Counted from the stretch's first letter, positions 35,043 through 43,893 are shown. The stretch is DNA of 64,000 bases from Candidatus Segetimicrobium genomatis (GCA_005882335.1 VBAP01000008.1:346-64345), one strand, 5' to 3'. The notes: generated by a model not told the origin, from the letters alone. Program-made: numbers and translations.

Positions 35043-36536
35043 TCAGGCCGTCTCCGGCACGGTGATGGCCTCGTCGTCCGCCCCAAGCGGACGCAGGTCG
35101 CCGGCCTGGAGGCAGGCCAGCAGGGCGCTGATCACCTGCGGGTCGAACTGCGTCCCTCGCCCTCGTTCCAGTTCGGCCAGCGCCTGCGGCAGCGGCATGG
35201 CCACGCGGTACGGACGGGTATGGGTCATGCTCTCCAGCGCGTCGATGCCAGCCAGGATGCGCGCCTCCACGGGGATCTGGTCGCCGCTCAGACCAAGAGG
35301 ATAGCCCGCGCCATCGAATCGCTCATGATGGAACAAGACCGCTTCAACCACCCGCGGCGGAAAATCCGCCATCGCCAGGATCTTCGCCCCCATCAGCGTG
35401 TGGGTCTTCATCCAGTCATATTCCTCAGCGGTCAGGTCTCCAGGCTTGCGCAAGACGCCATCGTCGATGCCAATCTTGCCGATATCGTGGAGCAGCGCGG
35501 CAGTTTTCAAATCCTCCAGACGATCTGATGGCAAGCCCATCCGCGTGCCAATCGCGACCGCATACTGCACGACACGATCAGAGTGGAAACGCGTGGGCTG
35601 ATCGCGCAGATCCACCGTCGCCGCCAGCGCATAGACTGTGTTCCAGTACGAGCGGCGCAGACGGCGGAACAGCCGGATATTCTCGATGGCGATCGCGCCT
35701 TGCGCGGCGATGACCCGCAGGACATCGCGGTCGGCGCCCGCAAACGGCGCACTGGGCCGCGTCGCCGTCAGGACGCCTACGACGTTGCCCGCCAACTGCA
35801 GCGGGACTGAGAGCACCCGGCCCCCGTCATCGGCGGTGGCCTCGGGGATGCCGTCCTTCCCCAGCAGGTCTTCCGGCGCCACCCTCCACGAGGCCGACAA
35901 CTTGACCGCGTCCGCGTGGCCGGTCGCGGCCACGGCCGCGCCGTCCCCCGCCTCGGATGCGGTGACCATCAGTTCCTGTCCATCCTCGTCCAGCGCGACC
36001 AGTGTGACGCTGTGCGCATTGAGTTCGTGCAGCACCGTCTCGGTGATAATCTGAAAGACCCGGCCCTGATCAACGTCTCCCAGCCGGTTGCCGCGCAGAT
36101 CCAGCAGTGGCTGCAGCGCCCGCAGCCGGGTGTTGCGCTTGAAGAACAACCCCTTGCGCAGGCCTTCCTCCACCGTCTTGCGCAGGTCGTCGGGTGTGAA
36201 CGGTTTCATCAGGAACCCGTTCACACCGAGCTTCACGGTCTCCAGCAGGTTGTCAAACTCGCTGAAACCGGTCATGACCACCACGGAGACGTCCGGCGTC
36301 TCCGCCACGATCTGGCGGGCAGCCTCGAGCCCGGTCATGCCGGGCATGCGGATATCGGTGAGCAGGAGATCCGGGGTCTGCGCACGGGCCATGGTGATCG
36401 CGGTGGGACCGTCGGGAGCAGGGCTGACCTCGTAGGTCCGGCCGAGAATACGGACGCACAGCTCCCGAATGGACGCTTCATCATCGACAACGAGAATTCT
36501 GGCTCTGGGGAGCACCATCGACTCCTTGTCGTTCAT
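35043..36536 (-). CDS. Response regulator with REC, GAF and HD-GYP phosphodiesterase domains. The start was trimmed to MNDKESMVL.
   Basis: REC Asp pocket (LLTDIRMPGMTG), and HD-GYP motifs HDIGKIGI and HHERFDGAGYP. ORF 35043-36620. Confidence 0.8.
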   Translation of the reverse strand: MNDKESMVLPRARILVVDDEASIRELCVRILGRTYEVSPAPDGPTAITMARAQTPDLLLTDIRMPGMTGLEAARQIVAETPDVSVVVMTGFSEFDNLLETVKLGVNGFLMKPFTPDDLRKTVEEGLRKGLFFKRNTRLRALQPLLDLRGNRLGDVDQGRVFQIITETVLHELNAHSVTLVALDEDGQELMVTASEAGDGAAVAATGHADAVKLSASWRVAPEDLLGKDGIPEATADDGGRVLSVPLQLAGNVVGVLTATRPSAPFAGADRDVLRVIAAQGAIAIENIRLFRRLRRSYWNTVYALAATVDLRDQPTRFHSDRVVQYAVAIGTRMGLPSDRLEDLKTAALLHDIGKIGIDDGVLRKPGDLTAEEYDWMKTHTLMGAKILAMADFPPRVVEAVLFHHERFDGAGYPLGLSGDQIPVEARILAGIDALESMTHTRPYRVAMPLPQALAELERGRGTQFDPQVISALLACLQAGDLRPLGADDEAITVPETA

Positions 36537-36625
36537 ACGGCGCGTATAACCTCGCACCGGGTGCGGGTTCTCTCGCATCGCCATCCTAGAGCAAGTTTCG
36601 TGCCAGGCCTTTCCAAACAAAAAGG

Positions 36626-36737
36626 CGTCTTCAATGTCTCCAAGGTCTTCCGGGTCTCCCAGGTCAAGCCGAGTCTCATCGGGCGTAAGCAGGTAGACCC
36701 GGAAGACTTAGTAGACATGGTAGACCTTGTAGACGCA
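36626..36737. repeat. Intergenic hairpin element. (GTCTTCA/GTCTCCA/GTCTTCC)n on the left and (GTAGACC/GAAGACT/GTAGACA)n on the right.
   Basis: Arms at 36626-36662 and 36693-36737. Confidence 0.7.
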
Positions 36738-36746
36738 GTTTCGTTC

Positions 36747-38111
36747 TCATCCGGTCTCCGCCGAAATGTTGTGCTCCTGGATTCTTGTTTGGAGGGCGGC
36801 ACGGTCGATTCCCAGGACCCGTGCGGCCTCGTCCAGGTTCCACGCGGTCATCTTCAGGACCGCGTGGATATGCCGGCGTTCGACTTCACCAAGCGAGAAC
36901 GCCTTCGGGAACTTCGCCCCCGGGGACGGCTGTTCGTCCAGCCAGATCTCCTCGGTGTCGATGAGTTCCCCGGTGGCCAGAATGACCACGCGCTGGACGG
37001 TGTACTCCAGCTCGCGGACGTTGCCCGGCCAGTGGTGGCTACGCAGTCTCTTCATCGCCGCCGGAGTGAAGCCTTTGATCCGCTTGCCGAACGCCACCGC
37101 GTACTTGTTCAGGAAGTGGTAGGCCAGCACGTGGATATCCTCTTTGCGATCGCGCAGCGCCGGCAACTCCAGCGGCATGACGGCCAGCCGGTAGTAGAGG
37201 TCCTCCCGGAACCGGCTGTCGCCGATCGCCTTCTTGAGATCTTTGTTGGTGGCTGCCACGACGCGGGCGTTGACATCGATGGGCTTGTTGCCGCCAACGC
37301 GCTCGATGACCCGCTCCTGGAGCACGCGCAGCAACTTCACCTGCATCGACAAGCTCATGTCGGCGATCTCATCCAGGAAGACCGTGCCGTCTTGGGCGCG
37401 CTCAAACCGGCCGACATGGCTGGTGATCGCGCTGGTGAATGCGCCCTTCTCGTGGCCGAAGAGTTCCGTCTCCAGCAGCGTCTCGGGGATCGCTCCGCAG
37501 TTCACCACCACAAACGGGCCGTTGGCGCGCGGGCTCTGGAAGTGGATGGAGCGGGCCAGCAACTCTTTACCGGTGCCCGTCTCCCCGTAGATCAGCACGG
37601 TGGCATCGGTCGGCGCGACGGCGGACGCCAGCCGCAACACGTCGCGCATCTTTGGAGATTCCCCGACGATCCCCTCGAACTTGAATGTCCGCATCAGTTC
37701 CTGTTGCAGCGCCCGGTTCTCTTGCATCAGGCGGCTGCGTTCCAGCGCCTGGTTCACTACAATCATCAACTCTTCAGGGCGGAAGGGCTTGCCGACATAA
37801 TGGTAAGCGCCAAGCTTGATGGCCTGGATGGCGGTGTCGATCGTCGAAAACGCGGTGATGATGATGACCAGCGCGTCGGGGTTGTGCTCCTTGATCGACC
37901 GCAGCACGCTCATGCCATCGAGCTTGGGCAGCTTGAGGTCGAGGAGCACGAGATCGTAGCGGCCGGCCTTGTACTTGGCCAGCCCTTCTTCGCCGTCGAC
38001 CGCGGTCTCGACCGCGTAGCCGTCTTCGCGAAGAATCCTGATCAGCAAATTCCGGAGGTTCTCCTCGTCGTCGACGACGAGGATGGACGTGCCATCGGTG
38101 ACCATCAGCAC
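36747..38111 (-). CDS. Sigma54-dependent transcriptional activator (NtrC/FleQ-like: REC, AAA+ and Fis HTH)
   Basis: 454 aa with [15 protein letters not shown] (Walker A), the GAFTSA-type sigma54 contact motif (GAFTSAIT) and a C-terminal HTH. Confidence 0.9.
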   Translation of the reverse strand: MLMVTDGTSILVVDDEENLRNLLIRILREDGYAVETAVDGEEGLAKYKAGRYDLVLLDLKLPKLDGMSVLRSIKEHNPDALVIIITAFSTIDTAIQAIKLGAYHYVGKPFRPEELMIVVNQALERSRLMQENRALQQELMRTFKFEGIVGESPKMRDVLRLASAVAPTDATVLIYGETGTGKELLARSIHFQSPRANGPFVVVNCGAIPETLLETELFGHEKGAFTSAITSHVGRFERAQDGTVFLDEIADMSLSMQVKLLRVLQERVIERVGGNKPIDVNARVVAATNKDLKKAIGDSRFREDLYYRLAVMPLELPALRDRKEDIHVLAYHFLNKYAVAFGKRIKGFTPAAMKRLRSHHWPGNVRELEYTVQRVVILATGELIDTEEIWLDEQPSPGAKFPKAFSLGEVERRHIHAVLKMTAWNLDEAARVLGIDRAALQTRIQEHNISAETG

Positions 38112-38190
38112 TCTCTTCTTGGGCCGAAATGGGGGTCCTGCGGAGTTATACCTCTTCCGCGGGGAGGCTAGACGCTATGCAAAGCGTAGC

Positions 38191-38265
38191 CACTATCCAG
38201 TAACCAGTCGCCAGTCAATTCCTGAACTGTTTCTGGCGACTGGTGACTGGCTACTGGTGACTGCT
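38191..38265. repeat. Intergenic hairpin element. (CAGTAAC/CAGTCGC)n on the left and (GGCGACTGG/TGACTGG)n on the right.
   Basis: Arms at 38191-38216 and 38234-38265. Confidence 0.65.
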
Positions 38266-38373
38266 GTGAAAAAGCCCCGCCGTCCCTCTCCGTGCGGGCG
38301 GCGTCGCAGCGTCCCCCCTGAGGTTCGCCTGCACCCGGCTCCCGCGTTCGGAGTACAGAGACGGCGGGGAATC

Positions 38374-38739
38374 CTATCGTTTCCCGATCGTGATAACCCT
38401 TCCGAGCTTCGCTGCCACCGCTGCTAGCGCGGCCGGCGGAAGCTCCCGCACTGTGGTCCTGGTCTGGACGTCGACGACCCGCACGACCAGGCGGCGGGTT
38501 CGCTCATCAACGGCCAACTCCGCGATGAGGCGCGCGGACGGCGTGCGCAGGGTATCCTGCGCAAGTTCCGCGCCGGGGCCGGACGGCCCCATCCCAGACT
38601 GGTTCGCAGAACCTGGCAGAGCCAGCGCGTCGGCGATCACCGGCTCCAGCTGGAGCCGTGACGTCAGCGCCCGGCGCGCGCGCTCGAAGAGGTTGACGAA
38701 GTCACTGCCGCCCGAGGTGGAAGGCGTGAGCGTATCCAT
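38374..38739 (-). CDS. flaG: FlaG-family protein. The start was trimmed to MDTLTPS.
   Basis: The C-terminal LVVRVVDVQTRTTVRELPPAALAAVAAKL matches the FlaG signature (VvkVvD.eTgEvIRqiPpee). Confidence 0.55.
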   Translation of the reverse strand: MDTLTPSTSGGSDFVNLFERARRALTSRLQLEPVIADALALPGSANQSGMGPSGPGAELAQDTLRTPSARLIAELAVDERTRRLVVRVVDVQTRTTVRELPPAALAAVAAKLGRVITIGKR

Positions 38740-39125
38740 CAATTCAGCCGGGCCTGCGCCCGTGAGGTGCTGGCCGACGCGATCGCCGCCAGGGCAGGGG
38801 CCAGGACCCGCTCCGACCACAACGTGCGGTTGGCGCGCTCCACCGCGCCGAGGCCGCGGACCAGCGTGGCGATCTGCCGCGTGAACGTGGCCACATCCGG
38901 AACGTTTGTGGAAGTCTTGTGGCGCAGCTGACGGCGTCTGGCTTCCAGATCCCGCAGGGTGACGATATAGGCGGCTTCCAGCACGGCCAGGTCTGCGGCT
39001 TCGTCAAAGCGGCCCTGCTTCAGCAGCAGGTGCCGGGAGCGCGCCAGCCGCAGCAGTTCGCGGTGCACGGCCAACTCACGTTCTAGAATCTGGCGAAGCT
39101 GTCCGGCCGTGGAGCCCATGTGCAT
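38739..39125 (-). CDS. FlgN/FliT-like flagellar export-chaperone-like helical protein. The start was trimmed to MHMGSTAG.
   Basis: Helical, with leucine heptads (QLRQILERELAVHRELLRLARSRHLLLKQGRFDEAADL). Its position next to flaG supports the call. The family assignment is tentative. Confidence 0.35.
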   Translation of the reverse strand: MHMGSTAGQLRQILERELAVHRELLRLARSRHLLLKQGRFDEAADLAVLEAAYIVTLRDLEARRRQLRHKTSTNVPDVATFTRQIATLVRGLGAVERANRTLWSERVLAPALAAIASASTSRAQARLN

Positions 39126-39281
39126 GACACCTCGGACGTCACCAGGAAGAAGCCAGTCTGTAATGAGGAGCAATTCCTGTGCCACGTGGGCAGAATGCCG
39201 GGGCCAAGGGACCGGGGGACCAAGGGACCACGCAGCCATGTCTGCCTGGTCCCTTGGCTGCCTGGTATCTGCTCCCGTTGT

Positions 39282-39307
39282 TCAAGTTTTGGGCATGATG
39301 CCGATAG
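39282..39307 (+). promoter_or_regulatory. Candidate sigma28 (FliA)-type promoter for peptide gene 1: TCAAGTTT-N10-GCCGATAG, against consensus TAAAGTTT-N11-GCCGATAA.
   Basis: Read directly from the sequence. Seven of eight positions match in each box. fliA is encoded 7 kb upstream. Confidence 0.45.
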
Positions 39308-39328
39308 GAAGGGCAGAGGGAACTTACA

Positions 39329-39357
39329 TTGACAGCCTGTATGACCTGTGTTACTGT
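39329..39357 (+). promoter_or_regulatory. Alternative sigma70-like promoter, TTGACA-N17-TACTGT, upstream of peptide gene 1
   Basis: Perfect -35 with 17-nt spacing. The -10 matches three of six positions. Confidence 0.35.
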
Positions 39358-39471
39358 CAGCGAGCAATCTGTTCGGAGACCGGCTCACATCTCGATTCGG
39401 AAGGCCGCAGGCAACAGGTTCCTTGCCGGCGAGATGACGGGTCTATCCCAGCAGGAAGAGGGAGTCAATCA

Positions 39472-39618
39472 ATGCGCAAGGTGATCGCTGCATTCTTGTT
39501 CGGATTCCTGATGTTTGCTGCGGCGTCCGTATCGTGGGGCCAGACGGCCTCGACGGAGGCCACGTGGGAGTCGGCCACCTGGGAGACTCTTGACGCGGTC
39601 CCTGCAGTCTGGGAGTAG
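39472..39618 (+). CDS. Secreted 48-aa Trp-rich acidic peptide precursor (signal peptide plus a mature peptide of about 26 aa, WGQTASTEATWESATWETLDAVPAVWE)
   Basis: A strong SD (AGGGAG) lies 8 nt upstream. A near-identical paralogue sits 390 nt downstream. Its own terminator hairpin follows. The 169-aa ORF 39109-39618 in the track is an upstream GC artefact of this short gene. Confidence 0.7.
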   Translation: MRKVIAAFLFGFLMFAAASVSWGQTASTEATWESATWETLDAVPAVWE

Positions 39619-39652
39619 TTCCGGCCGTATCAGGACATCAGGACTGGTAGTG

Positions 39653-39690
39653 ACGAGGGGGTCCATCTGGACCCCCTCGTTGTGTTCCTC
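39653..39690 (+). terminator. Rho-independent-type terminator after peptide gene 1. It is a 12-13 bp perfect palindrome (CGAGGGGGTCCA / TGGACCCCCTCG) followed by a T-rich tail (TTGTGTT).
   Basis: Read directly from the sequence. Confidence 0.5.
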
Positions 39691-39801
39691 CCCGGCGCCC
39701 TGCCGGCGCATTCTCCCCATCTAGCCCACCCCTTCCGGGGGCATGACTTCGATAGGGTCCTGCTGGATTTTCCAAGAAAACTTGGTTAGAAAGTGTGGGC
39801 G

Positions 39802-39817
39802 TGGTACGAAAGTTGCT
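39802..39817 (+). promoter_or_regulatory. Sigma54 promoter (-24/-12), TGGTAC-N5-TTGCT, upstream of peptide gene 2
   Basis: Matches TGGCAC-N5-TTGCW with one mismatch. The GG-N10-GC spacing is exact. It lies about 45 nt upstream of the ATG at 39863. Confidence 0.6.
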
Positions 39818-39862
39818 CTATTTAAGGGTAGCAAAGACGTCCATCACACGGAGGGAACGACG

Positions 39863-40009
39863 ATGAGAAAGGTCCTGATTGCCGTCATGGTGATTCTGGC
39901 GGTGTGCGTGGGGACATCGGTATCGTGGGGCCAGACGGCCTCGACGGAAGCGACGTGGGAGTCGGCCACCTGGGAGACTCTTGACGCGGTCCCTTCAGTC
40001 TGGGAGTAG
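39863..40009 (+). CDS. Secreted 48-aa Trp-rich acidic peptide precursor, a paralogue of 39472-39618
   Basis: MRKVLIAVMVILAVCVGTSVSWGQTASTEATWESATWETLDAVPSVWE. The mature region is 25/26 identical to peptide 1 and the signal peptide is divergent. SD GGAGGG. Confidence 0.7.
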   Translation: MRKVLIAVMVILAVCVGTSVSWGQTASTEATWESATWETLDAVPSVWE

Positions 40010-40065
40010 CATGGCGCTCCGCCCGGTGGAGGATTCCACCTGGCGGTAGTCTAACTGCAGAGGTT

Positions 40066-40104
40066 GCCCGGGAGGCCGCCAGGGCAGTTGAGGCGGCCCC
40101 GGGC
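40066..40104 (+). terminator. GC-rich hairpin (GCCCGGGAGGCCGCC / GGCGGCCCCGGGC) between peptide gene 2 and the histidine kinase gene. It is a candidate terminator or attenuator.
   Basis: Read directly from the sequence. It is followed by CATTTGGCATCTGTT. Confidence 0.4.
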
Positions 40105-40130
40105 CATTTGGCATCTGTTGGGGCGGGGAT

Positions 40131-42425
40131 ATGAAGAACCTCTCGACGCCAGCCCGCGTCTACATCCTGGGGGTCATCATCGCCGGCGGCATCCTGGCGG
40201 CGATCCTGCCGCAGCTGCCGGGAGCCGCGCCGCGGCTGGATCTGCCGTTTGCCGTCTTCGTCGCCGCGGCACTCCTGACGCAGCTGGTCGGCGTCCGCGT
40301 GATCATGCCCGGCCGCGAGGGCATCGCCTGGTCGTTGATCAACGCAGTGATCGTGGCCACCGTCCTGCTCTTCCCTGCCGGCAACAGCATTCTTCTCGTC
40401 CTCATCACCTTCACCGCCTACGGATTCAAACGCCGTGAGCTGCCCTGGTATCAGGGCGCCTTCAACGTCGCGCAGCACGTGCTCTCGGTCAGCATCGCCG
40501 AGACGGTGTGGGCGATCGCGCGGCCGAGTAGCATTTCTGGGGCGATGGCGGTGCAGTGGTACGGCGCGGCGTTCTCCGCCGGTATGGTGTTCTACGTCGC
40601 CAACGGCGCCCTGGTCACCATGGCCATCACGCTGGTCGCCGGCAAACCGTTCGGGCAGGTCGGCGTTATCTCGCGGTCCAGCTTCTACCGCGAGATGGTC
40701 CTGATCTGGCTCGGCGCCGCCGTGGCCGACTTCTGGATCGTCAACCCGTGGCGCACGGTGCTGCTGACACTCCCGCTGGTTGGATTGTCGCAGATGCTGC
40801 GCCTGCAGATCGAGGACGCGGAGCGCATCCGCCGCAGCCAGCAAGAGGCCGAAGGCCGCGCCCAGCAACTGGCCAGCCTGAACGAACTGGCCCGGGCCCT
40901 GACCAGCAGCCTGGAGCTACAGCAAATCTACGAAGCGCTGTACGCGCAGGTGCGCACGATCGTCCCCGCTGACGCCTTTGGCGCCGGCGTGTACGAATCA
41001 CACTCCAATCTCATCCGGTTTGGCCTCTGGCGAACTGAGGATGAGACGTTCCCATCGTTTTCCAGGAATGCGTCCGAGCCGATCTTCCGGCGCGTCCTGC
41101 AGGCCCGGACGCCGCTGGCCCTGGAAGCGGGACCCGATCACGCGGAGATTGCGCAGCTCAGCCAGTATGGCCGGCTCCATCGCGATGCGATGGCCGTCGC
41201 GATCCCCATGACCGTCGGCGATCGAGCCGTCGGCATGATCATCGTCGGCACGCGCCGTGTCCTCACCTCGCAGGAGATGGACCTGCTCTCCACCATGGCC
41301 AGCCAGACGGCCGTGGCTGTGGAGAAGGCCCAACTCTTCGACAGGGAACGCCGGAAGAGCGCGCAGCTGGGTGCCATCACGCAGGTCTCCAAGAAGATCG
41401 TCACCATCCACAGCGTGGATGTCCTCCTGCAGCAGACATCGCGCCTCATCGAGGAGGCCTTCGACTTCGAGCGTGTGCAGCTGCTGCTGGCGGACGAAGC
41501 TGAAACGTCGCAGGCCGATCCCGCGGCGACCGGCATCCCCATCCTGTATCGCGGACAGTCGATCGGCGACCTGCGGGTGTGGCTGCGCCCGGGCACCGGT
41601 TTTTCTCCGGACGACCTGTCGATGCTGCAGACGCTGGCGGATGAGATCGCCGTGGCGATCGAGAATGCGCGCCTGTACGAGAACCTGCAGCGTCAGATGG
41701 CCATGCTGGAGCAAACACAGTTCCAGCTCATGCAGTCGGCCAAGCTGGCCACGATCGGCGAACTGGCGGCGTTCGTGGCGCACGAGATCAACAATCCCTT
41801 GACCAGCGTGCTGGGCTACGCCTCGCTGATCTTGAGCGAGACGCCGCCGGATGACGCCAAGCGCGGCGATCTGGAGGTCATTGAGAAGGAAGCGCTGCGG
41901 GCGCGCGCCATCGTGCGGGACCTGCTGGGCTATGCCCGGCAGACCGACTCCGCGATGGAACAGACCAGCATCAACGAGGCGATCGAGAGCGTCCTCCCGC
42001 TGATCCGCCGCCGCGCCGAGTCGCAGCGCGTCAACATCACGGCGAACCTCGATCCGTCGGTCCCCAAAATCATGGGTGACATCAACCAGCTCAAACAAGT
42101 CTTCATCAACATTCTGAACAATGCGATCGACGCCATGCCCGCCGGCGGCGCCGTGGATATCCGCACGCGTGAAGTCACCGGGAACGGAACCGGACCGCAG
42201 GTGGAAATCTCGTTCCAGGACAGCGGGGTAGGCATATCCGAGGACAAGCTGGAGCGCATCTTTGATCCCTTCTTCACGACCAAGGAAGACGGCAAAGGCA
42301 CCGGGCTCGGGCTGCCCATCAGCAAGCGCATCGTGGAACGCCACGGCGGGTCTATCGCGGTGAAGAGCATGCTTGGGGCGGGGACCCGGTTCACGGTGTG
42401 CATTCCAGTCGCGGTCACCTACTGA
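40131..42425 (+). CDS. Sensor histidine kinase with an N-terminal polytopic membrane domain, two GAF domains, HisKA and HATPase
   Basis: 764 aa with about seven TM helices in the first 230 aa. H-box ELAAFVAHEINNPLTSVLGYASLI, N/G boxes, and GLGLPISKRIVERHGGSIAV. Confidence 0.85.
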   Translation: MKNLSTPARVYILGVIIAGGILAAILPQLPGAAPRLDLPFAVFVAAALLTQLVGVRVIMPGREGIAWSLINAVIVATVLLFPAGNSILLVLITFTAYGFKRRELPWYQGAFNVAQHVLSVSIAETVWAIARPSSISGAMAVQWYGAAFSAGMVFYVANGALVTMAITLVAGKPFGQVGVISRSSFYREMVLIWLGAAVADFWIVNPWRTVLLTLPLVGLSQMLRLQIEDAERIRRSQQEAEGRAQQLASLNELARALTSSLELQQIYEALYAQVRTIVPADAFGAGVYESHSNLIRFGLWRTEDETFPSFSRNASEPIFRRVLQARTPLALEAGPDHAEIAQLSQYGRLHRDAMAVAIPMTVGDRAVGMIIVGTRRVLTSQEMDLLSTMASQTAVAVEKAQLFDRERRKSAQLGAITQVSKKIVTIHSVDVLLQQTSRLIEEAFDFERVQLLLADEAETSQADPAATGIPILYRGQSIGDLRVWLRPGTGFSPDDLSMLQTLADEIAVAIENARLYENLQRQMAMLEQTQFQLMQSAKLATIGELAAFVAHEINNPLTSVLGYASLILSETPPDDAKRGDLEVIEKEALRARAIVRDLLGYARQTDSAMEQTSINEAIESVLPLIRRRAESQRVNITANLDPSVPKIMGDINQLKQVFINILNNAIDAMPAGGAVDIRTREVTGNGTGPQVEISFQDSGVGISEDKLERIFDPFFTTKEDGKGTGLGLPISKRIVERHGGSIAVKSMLGAGTRFTVCIPVAVTY

Positions 42426-42832
42426 TGACCTCCATACAAACTGCCCAGCAGCCGCGCCCCGTGGCGGCCCGCGTCCTTGTGGTCGACGACGAAGAGTCGA
42501 TTCGCGACCTGTGCGCACGGGTGCTGAGCCGCGCCGGCTACACCGTGATTACCGCCCCCAGCGGCGAAGATGCCGTCGCCCTGCTGACCCGGGAGGCATT
42601 CGCCCTGGTTATCTCCGATATCCGCATGCCCGGCATCTCCGGCTTGGAGGTGCTGGAGCGTGCCAAGGCCACCTACCCGGAGATCCGGGTCGTGCTGATC
42701 ACCGGATTCGGCACCCCCCAGATGCTGACCCGAGCCCAGCAATCCGGCGCCGACCGCATCCTCACCAAACCCTTCAACCCGATGGAGCTCCTGGCGGCCG
42801 TCAGGGAAATCCTGCCACAGGACGGACGCTAG
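42425..42832 (+). CDS. Single-domain response regulator (CheY-like REC)
   Basis: VLVVDDEESIRDL...VISDIRMPGISGLEVL...TKPF. ATGA overlap with the kinase stop. Confidence 0.85.
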   Translation: MTSIQTAQQPRPVAARVLVVDDEESIRDLCARVLSRAGYTVITAPSGEDAVALLTREAFALVISDIRMPGISGLEVLERAKATYPEIRVVLITGFGTPQMLTRAQQSGADRILTKPFNPMELLAAVREILPQDGR

Positions 42833-42842
42833 CACTGAAAAG

Positions 42843-42969
42843 ACGCGGTCGCGCAGTCACGCGGTCGCGGCACTCCTCTCAGCACGCGCGTATTCGGACG
42901 CGACCGCCTGACCGCTGCACCGCCCGACCGCCGTAGTTGTCGCGCGACTGCCTGACCGCGCGACCGCCG
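42843..42969. repeat. Intergenic hairpin element. (CGCGGTCGCG/CAGTCACG)n on the left and (CGCGACCGCC/TGACCGC)n on the right.
   Basis: Arms at 42843-42870 and 42899-42969. Confidence 0.65.
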
Positions 42970-42990
42970 GCATTGTAGTACCATGAAGGC

Positions 42991-43890
42991 GTGACCGCGA
43001 TCGCCGCCCTGAAGGCCTTTTTCTCCCACGAACGAGACGTCGCCGCCGTCTACCTGTATGGGAGATATGCCGACGAACGCACCTGGCCGGACAGCGACAT
43101 CGAGGTCGCCATATTGTTTTCGGACCGGGTCGGCGAAGATGAGGCCAGCAGTTACCTGGAACGCCTCTCCGCGGCCAACCCGCTGGCCGACGCTCCGGGG
43201 ATTCTGATGCCCTTCGCGCTGAACACCCACATCCTGCCGGTGATCCACGAGATCCTCAGCGGCGGGGATGTCCTCGTGGCGAATGATCCCGAAGCGACGG
43301 AGGCCTTTGCCAGATGGGCCGGTGCGCGGCTGGAGAACGAGCGAACGGCGTTGCTCGACGACGCCAAGGAGTCAATCCTGCAGGCCCGCAATCTCGGACT
43401 GGGGCTGCTCGGCAGCCCCGGGTTTGTGCTGCCGCAAACGCCGCGTCTTCTCGATCCGCTCCGCATCGGATGGCGCCTGGCCCGGATTCTAGGCTCCTCC
43501 GCAGTGATCGAGGCCTCCACCCGAGACAGCGAGGCAGCGGGGAGAGACCCCGAGTCGCTGGGCCAGTTGATCGGATGGTTCAGCAACGGGGCCGGCGCAG
43601 CGACCGGGATCGCGAAAGCCATGCTCAACATCATTGGTCTGCCGCGGCCCAGCCGTCGGTGGGAGGTCTTCCTGCCGCTGGCGGATGAAAAACTCGTGAC
43701 GATGGATCTGGCGCTGCAGCTGGGGGCCGCCGTGGAGGCCAGGTGGCAACTCCTCACCGGCAGCGGGCTGGCAGCGCCGGAGCGGATCGCCACCTCGATC
43801 CGAGCTTCGCTGCCGCCGATCCTGTCGTTTGCGCGTCTGGCGGCGTGGTACTGTGAAGTGCCGGGCGGGCGCGACCAGAAACTGCACTAA
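42991..43890 (+). CDS. Nucleotidyltransferase-domain protein (Pol-beta-like NTase N-terminus)
   Basis: GTG start. It has VYLYGRYADERTWPDSDIEVAILF, matching the GS-x-D-x-D NTase motif. Confidence 0.55.
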   Translation: MTAIAALKAFFSHERDVAAVYLYGRYADERTWPDSDIEVAILFSDRVGEDEASSYLERLSAANPLADAPGILMPFALNTHILPVIHEILSGGDVLVANDPEATEAFARWAGARLENERTALLDDAKESILQARNLGLGLLGSPGFVLPQTPRLLDPLRIGWRLARILGSSAVIEASTRDSEAAGRDPESLGQLIGWFSNGAGAATGIAKAMLNIIGLPRPSRRWEVFLPLADEKLVTMDLALQLGAAVEARWQLLTGSGLAAPERIATSIRASLPPILSFARLAAWYCEVPGGRDQKLH

Positions 43891-43893
43891 CGT

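Noticed and set aside
35916-38171. 751-aa ORF on the plus strand
   Set aside because: It is antisense to the HD-GYP regulator and the sigma54 activator, both of which have unambiguous motifs. It is a GC artefact.
39109-39618. 169-aa ORF that includes peptide 1 at its C-terminus
   Set aside because: Only the last 48 codons are conserved with the paralogue. A strong SD precedes the internal ATG at 39472. The upstream part overlaps the divergent promoter region.
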